From: Hemiscyllium ocellatum
Taxonomy: Eukaryota
Length of the DNA stretch: 64,000 nt
NCBI RefSeq assembly: GCF_020745735.1
Contig: NC_083409.1
Location: 13,775,279 to 13,839,278 of the forward strand
Direction of reading: 5' to 3'
Below the pieces are notes generated by a model that did no database searches, was not told the origin of the DNA, and saw only the letters and a list, made by a program, of their open reading frames with translations. Position numbers and translations under genes: made by a program. Below, one piece after another: positions 39,701 to 48,700 of the stretch (positions within the stretch are counted from its first letter, which is position 1; the number at the start of each line of letters is the position of its first letter).

Positions 39701-42700
39701 GGCTCTGGGTGGGCTGGTCCTCAGGGGGTTGATGTGGACTTAAAAGCCCAAATGACCTGCTCCGACACTTTACGGAATCTCTGATTATCTGTCTCTGTCC
39801 CACCTCCGTTCTTCCACTGCAGAAACCTCGTCAATGTCTGTCTTACTTCCAGACTTGATGATTGTATTATACTACTTGTTCTATTCCAGAAAGCTGATTG
39901 GTGAAGGATAATACCAGAACCAGTCTTTGCACCATTTAAATTAATTTATATGATTATACATTGCAGGCAAGCTATTTGTATTCCTTTAATTAAATCTTTG
40001 AGAATTTCAATTTTAATTGCTCCATTCATGGAAAAGCCTTCAGTTACTAAGACAGTGACCTCTTTAATCCCCTCCCTGAACTTTACTTCTGTCTGTGTCA
40101 CTTTCCTCCTACAAGACACTCGAACTGTATGACAGATTTCACATCTGCCCTTGGATCTCTGTGAGGCTCAGTATCATGTTTTATTCTATTTCTGTGAAGC
40201 TACTTGGTTTGTTTTATCATATGAAAGATTTGTTATCAATGCAAGTTTTTAAAGATAAAACAGGAAGAAAACAGGTAACTGTGAAATAAAGCATCTGAGC
40301 AGATTTCAAAAGTGATGACTGTGCTTAAAAAAGCCTCAACTTTCAGATGTGGAGGTATGATGGGTGGGTACATGCACTTTTTAAAAAAAACATTTGACAA
40401 CGTGTCATACATGAGATTAATTGGCAAGGAATTAAGGCAGGGATAGCAAACGGGATTTAAACAGATAGAACAGTGGAAATATAGAAAAGGACTTGGGGAA
40501 GTTCCAGAGTGGTTCAAGAAAGTCGTGGTTTCTGGCTTTGCTTCTGGGGGCACTTTTATTTCCGGTGTTCATTTAATAATTTGATTATGTGCTAAGAGCG
40601 TGTGGTGTTGAAATTCAAAGTATTGTAAAATAAGAAGAATGATGAGTGTTTTGGAAAAGTTAAGGAAGCTGTGAGGAGTTTTGAGAAGAAGCTTAAAAAG
40701 GAGTAGAAAGCTTTTGTTTTCACTCCATCAAGTAAATTTTGTATTGAGTTTGAGTACTCAGTCTTAAAAAATATACTGTTAATGATCTGGATCTCACTCC
40801 AGGTGGAAACCTTGACTTTCATTACATGGCTGAGAATAAATTGGAAATGAATTCCAGCCTGTGTCTGATTTGTCAGACATATTCTGAGATATAAAACAAA
40901 GGTTGTCGTTTGTTTGTCTCCTGTTTTCATGCTTTGATTTCACAGTTTATTAAAACCATGTATTGTTCATTAATGTTTTGAAATGAATTCCATCATTTTT
41001 GGTCCTGACCTTCAGTATCTAGATTGACCAACAGTATGTGTACTTTGCAACAGGGCAGCCCAGTGCAGGAGCCCCAGTCCCGAAAAGATGTGCCCCGAAA
41101 AATCCAAGGGGAAATTAACTTTGCTTTTGCTGAAGATGCAGTCGAGATTGTGACACTGGTTCATGGAGCGGCTGAGGAGCTGTACAAATGGCAGGAACTT
41201 GGCCATGATTTGGGGGATTTGCAAATACCCCCAGACTTTGTGAATTCTAAATGGAAGGATGATGAGAGTGTCAGCAGAAGAGCTTATTGTGAGGTGAGAC
41301 CCAGATTTTGCATTTGAAAACCAAATTATTTTTTCTTTGTTAAGCAAGAAACGTATGGGTTAAGAGTGCTCCATTGCAGCTCTGATTGATGATATGTATA
41401 ACAGAGCATGTTAAAAACATTATCTCGATCCTGATGACTGCATTGAATTCAATTTACCATTTTACCCCTTCCCTAAAAATCCAAAGCCCCTTTCTCCTCC
41501 ACTGTTTGTACTCTCCCATTATTAATTTATCATCATCATCATCATCATACTATTATCCGTTAAATCCCATCTGTCATAACTTTGCCCAGTCTGAGAATCT
41601 GTAGATTCCGTTTCTATTTACATAATATATAGTGTCCCTTCCAGCCACTCAGTGTTTTTTTTTCAAAATTTTCTCTATCGTTTCTGTCTTTCTATTGCTG
41701 TTTCCATTGGTTGATAATACAATATTTGATTATTATTCACCTTCTTAAAACTCTCTAGAATCTTGATCTAGAAGCTAGAATCACAGGTCATTCCGTAACT
41801 TTCAGATAAAGAAAGCCTGAGAAGTTGAACTTCTCAATCTGTGATCATGTCTGTACCTCTTTTCCTGATAACATCTTGAGAATTTGCACGATGTTGAGAT
41901 TCCCAAAGTTGACCAAAGTATTCTAAGATCTTATGCAGCTTAACGTGGCTGTAATTGTTTGTGTCTATGTGGCCTTTGCTCTCATCTGATTAGGATCTTA
42001 CCATTTCAGGTGTAATTCCTTTTCTTATCCACACGATGTATTACTTCATCCCACTCTTAACTTCAATTCCATCTTCCGGTAAATATTCTTCTGTAACTGT
42101 CACTGCAGTATAGTTCCATCTCTGTCCCTTCAACCCAAGTTGGAATCATTTGATTCCTTTCTCTTAAATTCCCAAGTCAAGATTGTGTTTATTACGATAA
42201 CAATTAAGGACGATCTGAGTATGGGCTCCTGTGGACCCCTTCCATTCTCCACACCTTTCTTGTGTGAAATCTTTATTTTCCCCTGACCTGCATTTTCCCA
42301 ACTACCTCTATTCACTTGACTGTGCTCCCCTTCATTTGAGGTGCCCCTGAGTTTTGCCTTTGGTCTTCTCAGAGGTAACTACTTGAAATACTTTCTGAAA
42401 ATCCATGTCAACCATGTACACTTTTTTCCCACTAATCTGCTCCTTTACTAATACAGCCTTGTCAAATCGCTTGCTAGTTCACAACCTGCTAATTAGAAAT
42501 TCATGCTAATTGCTATTGTCTCTTTAACTGCTCGTCTTTCACTCCATGTTGTTAACTCTTAATTTACCAACAAATGACACAAAACTAACTGATTGAGAAA
42601 TTCCTGTTTTTCTTCTTATTGAATGAGGAGTTAGCTGCCCTCCAACCCTCTGGTCGAATTTTAGGAGGTAATAATTGGAGCCATGATAGTTTGTTTTCTA

Positions 42701-45700
42701 TTTACAGCATGTCCCACAGATGTCATTCATTTTGTTTCAAAGATTTGCCTCCTTTTATGTTGTGGTGCCTTCCTTAGTATTATGTAGGTAATCTTGTCTA
42801 ATACATCTGCACCTAGCCTTGTTAGTTCTGCAATCCTTTTAAACCCTTTCTCTCATCTCTCTTTTGCCTTCTCTACTGGAATCAATGAAATTCTAAATTT
42901 ATCCTTGATTCAGATCGTGAATCAAACAGTTGTTATTTTATATATTTTGAACAGTATTCCCTTTTATTTTCACTGTCGTGATCTAACAAGCTTTTTTTTT
43001 GGGTGGAGAGGACGTATCTAATATAATATTTTCTTTGTTACTCTTTTACTACTTCCAGCTTATCTTTAATGTGACAAGGGAAATCTTTGCTGACATCTTT
43101 TCTGACGACCTCCATGCCAGCCCAGCCCCGTGGATGAAGCCAAGCCGAATTAGCTCTTTGTTCTTCAAACGAGCGAGGAACCCACAGAATTTAAATGAAG
43201 TGAAGGTAATAACTCCATGTAATCCTTTTTTCCTATTTGTCAGTAATAATGTGACAAATGTGATGCTGGTTGGAGTTAAAGTATGTAGATTGAGTAAGTG
43301 AGTGACTCAACTTGTAAACAGTGGTCACTATCCTGACTTGGAAATCTGTCACTGCTTCTTGGAAGTCCCTCCCTAATGAGATTGTGGGTCTAGCTCAGCA
43401 CCATTTTCTCAAAGACAACCAGGAAGGGGCAATAAGGGCTGGCCAGCCAGTGACATCCACATTTCATGAATGAAAAAAAAAATTCCTCTATGCTCATTGA
43501 GTACCAAGGAACTCCATTTTAATTCTAAACTCCTCAATGACCATTTTTTAAATGACTCAGAGGGTCTGGGCATCGCCGGCTGGCCAGCATTTATTGACCG
43601 ATCCTAGTTGCTTTTGAGAACCTGGTAAGCTATCTTTTGTAACCACTGCCGTCCATGAGCTGTAGGTAGACCCACAATGCCCTTCAGGAGGGAATTCCCA
43701 GAATTTGATACAGCAATCCTGAAGAAACAATTATATTTTTCGAAGTCAGAATGGTGAGTGGCTTGGAGGGGAACTTGCAGGTGGCGGTCTGCTGCTCTTG
43801 TCCTTCTTGATCTAAATGGTCACAGATTTGGGAGGATCTGGCTAAAGATCTCTGAATTTCTGCAATGCATCTTGTAGTTTGTACACACTGCTGCTACTGA
43901 GTGGAGTGTGGTGGAGGGCATGGCTGCTTGCGGATGTGGTGCCAATCAAGTGGGCTCCTTTGCCTTGGATGTGGCGACCTTTTTGTGTGTTACTGGAGCT
44001 GCACTCATTCAGGCAAGTGGGGCGTATTCCATCAGACTCCTGACTTGTGCTTTGTACTCGGTGGATTTGCTATGGGGAATTAGGAAGTGAGTTATACACC
44101 CCAGTATTCCAAGCCTCTGACCTGCCCTTGTAGCCCAAAGTATTTATATAATGAGTCCAAATGAGTTTCTGGTCCATGATAACCCCCATGATGTTCATTG
44201 TGGAAGATTCAGTGATGGTAATACCATTGAATGTCAAGGGCCATTGGTTAAATTGTCTCTTGGAGTCGTAGAGATGGACAGCTCAGAAACAGACCCTTCG
44301 GTTCAACTTGTCCATACAGACCAGTTATCCGAAATAAAATCGAGTCCCATTTGCCAGCATTTGGTCCATTTCCTCTTTAACCCTTCCTATTCATATACAC
44401 CACCAGATGCCTTTTAAATATCGCCATTATGCCAGCTGCCTCCACTTCCTCTGGCAACCCATTCCATGTACACACCACCCCCTGCATGAAACAGTTGCCC
44501 ATTACGTACCTTTTAAATGTTTCCCTCTCACCTCTGCCCTCTATTTTTGGCATTGCCTGCACCAGGGAAAAGACTTGTCTATTTACCCTGTCCATACCAC
44601 TCATAATTTTATAAATCTTTTCACAGCCGCCTCTCAGCCTCTGGTGCTCCAGGGAATGTAACCCCAACCAATTCATTCTCTTCCTATACCAGAACCCCCC
44701 CACCCAGGCAACACCCTTGTAAATCTTTGCATAACCCTTTCAAGATTCACAACATCCTTCCAAGAGCAGGGAGTCCAGAATTGCACAGAATATTCTAAAA
44801 GAGGCCTGATCAGTGTCTTATTCAGCTGCAACATGACCTCCCAACTCCTGTACTCAATGCTCTGACCAATAAAGGCAAACATACCAAACACCACCTTCAC
44901 TATCCTGTTTACTTGTGACTCCACTTTCAAGGAACTATGAACCTGCACTCCAAGGTCTCTTTGCTCAGCAACACTCCCCAGGACTTTACCATTGAGTGTA
45001 TAAGTCCTGCCCTTATTTGCCTTTCCAAAATGCAGCACCTCACATTTATGTAAACTAAACTTCATCTGCCACTCCTCAGCCCATCTGAACAAGATCCTGT
45101 TGTATTCTGAACCTTCTTCACTGTCCACTGCACCTTCAATTTTGGTGTTATCTGCAAAATTACTAACCATACTATGTTCCATGTTCACATCCAAATCATT
45201 TATGTAATTGACGAAATGCAGTGAACCCAGCACCGATCCTTGTGGCACACCACTGGTCACAGGCCTCCTCCTGGGAATGGTCATTGACTGGCAGTTTTGG
45301 TCCGAATATTATTTGCCTCTTGCCAGTCCAAACCTACATATTGTCCAGATCTTGTTGCCTTTGAACATAACTCCTCAGATATTGAAACAGTCTATGAATG
45401 GTACTGAATATTGTGCAACCATCCGCACTTCTGACCTTATGATGGAAGTAAGGTCAGGAACTGAGGATACCCATTTTATTTTGATCCTCGAGGAAGCTCA
45501 TTTTACTCCAAACTGGAGACACTCTGTAATAGCTCTGAGTGTTAGCTATGGCTCAGTGGCACTCTTCCTCAGTCAGCAGAGGGGATTAAGCAAACGCTGA
45601 AGTGAAGTCCTGGTGCAGTACTGAAGTATTGTTTTCAAAGTGAGGCCCCATTTTCCACCTTGGGTGAGTTTTTTAAAAAAGATTTTTAGTGCTACTTTGA

Positions 45701-48700
45701 AGAGGAGTGAAGTTCTCCCTCATGGACCTGGTTAATCATGCGTCATTATGGCTAAACGTTTACCGAACCATTTCTCTAATTTGTGGGAACTTGCTGTGTG
45801 AAAGTTTGTTGCAGCTTTTGATGATATTATAATAGTGGCTGTACTTCAAAGGTTGGGAACAACATGGTACAAGTGAGATAAGTGATATGCTGTTTTTGAC
45901 AGTTTGAGGTTAAGGTGGGTGACTTGAATATTGGTTACAAAGTATTGTCCAGCACGAAGACCAAGTTCTTTACTATTGCAACAATGCAACTTCTCTTTTC
46001 TTGTGGCACTGACATTGAAGTGTACACTGGATGACTCCTTCCAGTAGCGCAGACTTGCAACACTGCAATGTGAACTTTTTACCACAGTCTAAAGTCGACA
46101 TCAACCTACTCATTGTCTGACTTCCCTTTGTGCACAGTTTGTGAAGTGTTGCACTTTGCCAGGGACTGAGAATGGGCATGTGTAAATCAGCTTTTCATCC
46201 ACACAGCAAATTTGGAACTGTTCATTTCCTTTGCTTTGTCTTTATAACTCGACTCAAATGTATCTTCAGTCTGAACTGTTTCACACACCAACATTTCTGT
46301 GCATGTTACTTGCCTTTGATGGTGTTAGCCGAGAAACCTATCAAAATCTTCCTGCCTGGAGCCATGTGAGGCAGTGGTCAGTGGCTAGGTCATATAGCTT
46401 TGAAGCACTCATCTGTTAAATTGAGAATGATTTGACCATCCTGAAATGCTGGGAGCGCTGTATGAATCCATGTCAGCCCCAATATTTATTGTGAGACTTC
46501 CCACAGCGCTGATCTTCAGTTGGCTGCCTACAGACGATTAAAGGCAGAACATTTTTGGAATTTGACGAAGCAGAGGCTTCTTCGAAGATGCTGTGGGCAA
46601 AGTGCTGAACCATGTAATGCAGTGAATAATTCATCATTTCTCAGCCAAGGTCTTAGGCAAAGGAACATTTCAAACCTTCTTTCAATTTGGGAGCATCGCA
46701 TGTTACCTTAAAGTTGCATTGTATCTCACTTTTGGATTTTGGATCTCACTAATGTTATTCATTTCAGTTATAATTAAGTTTTAAAGCATTAAGCAGATTT
46801 TTGTTTCATTGAACATGCTTTGAGTTCCATTCAATTTTACATAATTCTGAATGGGGGAAGAATCAGAAGGTCGAAGCATCAAAGTCTTTGTTGAGCAGTT
46901 TTAGGGAAGAATAATGGATTGGGAGTGGGTTTGTCTGTGTATTTAGGGTGTGTGCAACAGCTGCCATTTCTCCTGTGCTTCTACCCACAGATCTTCATTT
47001 CTAATGAAGTTTTGAAGTTATTTGGGTTGAATGAAGAGCAACATCAGAAGACGACTTGGCAGAAGTTGAAGAAATTTGGCACCAAACAACGTGATCCGGT
47101 GGACCATATTTTGGTAGGTGCTTCAGTTTAGGAACTGTTCAGTTTTATATTGTACCATTGTATCACAATTACGAAACCTCATTGTACATCTGAATTTTCT
47201 ATTATTTTAAATGACAAAGGCTTTATCTGTCTTTGGCTGACCTGTCTGGCTATCCTGCACTTGTCCAGAAAATGCTTCAACTTTCTGACTGAATTGAAAA
47301 CTTGGCCCTCACTGGAGTAATTTGCTGAAATTCATTAGTTGCCACAAAAGTTTCAAAGAAATTCAGAAGTAGATTGAATTCCTCACTCACCTAATGAAAG
47401 CAAATTACTGCGGATGCAGGAATCTGAAACCAGAAGAGAAAATACTGGAAAATCTCAGTAGGTCTGGCAGCATCTGTAAGGAGAGAAAAGAGTCAGTTAG
47501 ACTCGAAACGTCAGCTCTTTTCTCTCCTTACAGATGCTGCCAGACCTGCTGAGGTTGTCCAGCATTTTCTCTTTTAGTTCCTCACTTACCTGTCTTTTAG
47601 ACCCAGTTTTACAGAAAGTACAGTTCAGGGTTCTTTGCTTAACAAGAGTTACAGTTTGTTACAAAAAATGCAAATAATTACCAACCACTGGCATATAACT
47701 ACTAACTAAAACTAACAACCCCTCCCACATGCATTCCTCATTACACATACACAGATAGAAACACAGGGACAAAGTGCACTGGGTGTTTTGCATAAAGAGA
47801 AAGACTGGGAACGTACTTCCATGGTACCTATTGATCGCTTTTCTTGAGATAATCCTTGTGCTGATCAGAATGCTGTTCCTTGATCTTCCTTCTCCAGATG
47901 CTTCCATTTGTTTTCAGGAGGCACAGGGTGACTAGTTCACACGTGAACAAGTCTGTAACTTATCAATTAATAGCCACAGCTTACAGCAAGTGCTGAAGAG
48001 AAAAGAAGCTGGTTTTCTTCAGACTTTTCACTGCGGAGACAGATCCTCAACTTGTGGAGATCTGGTGATTTCTCAATTCACTTGTATACAGCCTCGGCTG
48101 ATCAGCTACCTGGGAGCCAATCTCCGTTTTTGTCCGAAGGATATTTGTCTGTGGCCTAGTGACTAGTTAGCTACTTACTATTGACTGAAGCTCCCATTGA
48201 GCACAGTCCTTGGCTGGAGCTTGTTTGAAAGTGAGTAGCACTTAGTGCGTGTCAGGGAACTTGCTACTGAAAAGTGCCAGCAATCCCTGAACAATCCTTG
48301 GGTTTTAAAATTGCTTTATCCCCATTTGAGTCCAAAATGAAAAGTATAGAAAAATTAGAAGACAGTTTTTGCAGACCTTTCCAGTCCTCCCCATGTGTTG
48401 GTGTGTCACAGCACAACATGTGTCAGCAGATTGATGAGTTTAACAGGTCTGTAAGAACACCGTTATCTTCAGGCCACACCACCACCTTGTCTTGGTCAGA
48501 TATCACCTTTCCTTTTATATTTACATGGTTAATCTCCTGGAATCCCTGAGCTTGCAGTGCTGTGGGAGTACCTTCAACACGCAGGCTGTAGCACTTCAAG
48601 ACAAATATCTTTCCAAAGAGAAATGGGGTGGGGGGTGGGGCAACATGCATCCCAACACTGAAGTTTTAAAAAATTGGGTGCTTGGTTTGCCAAAAATTTC

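Noticed and set aside
39228-39803. 191-aa minus-strand ORF
   Set aside because: A by-product of the low-complexity G-rich repeat
47600-48400. Possible solo LTR
   Set aside because: Non-coding and LTR-like in texture, but I could not define TG..CA ends or a TSD
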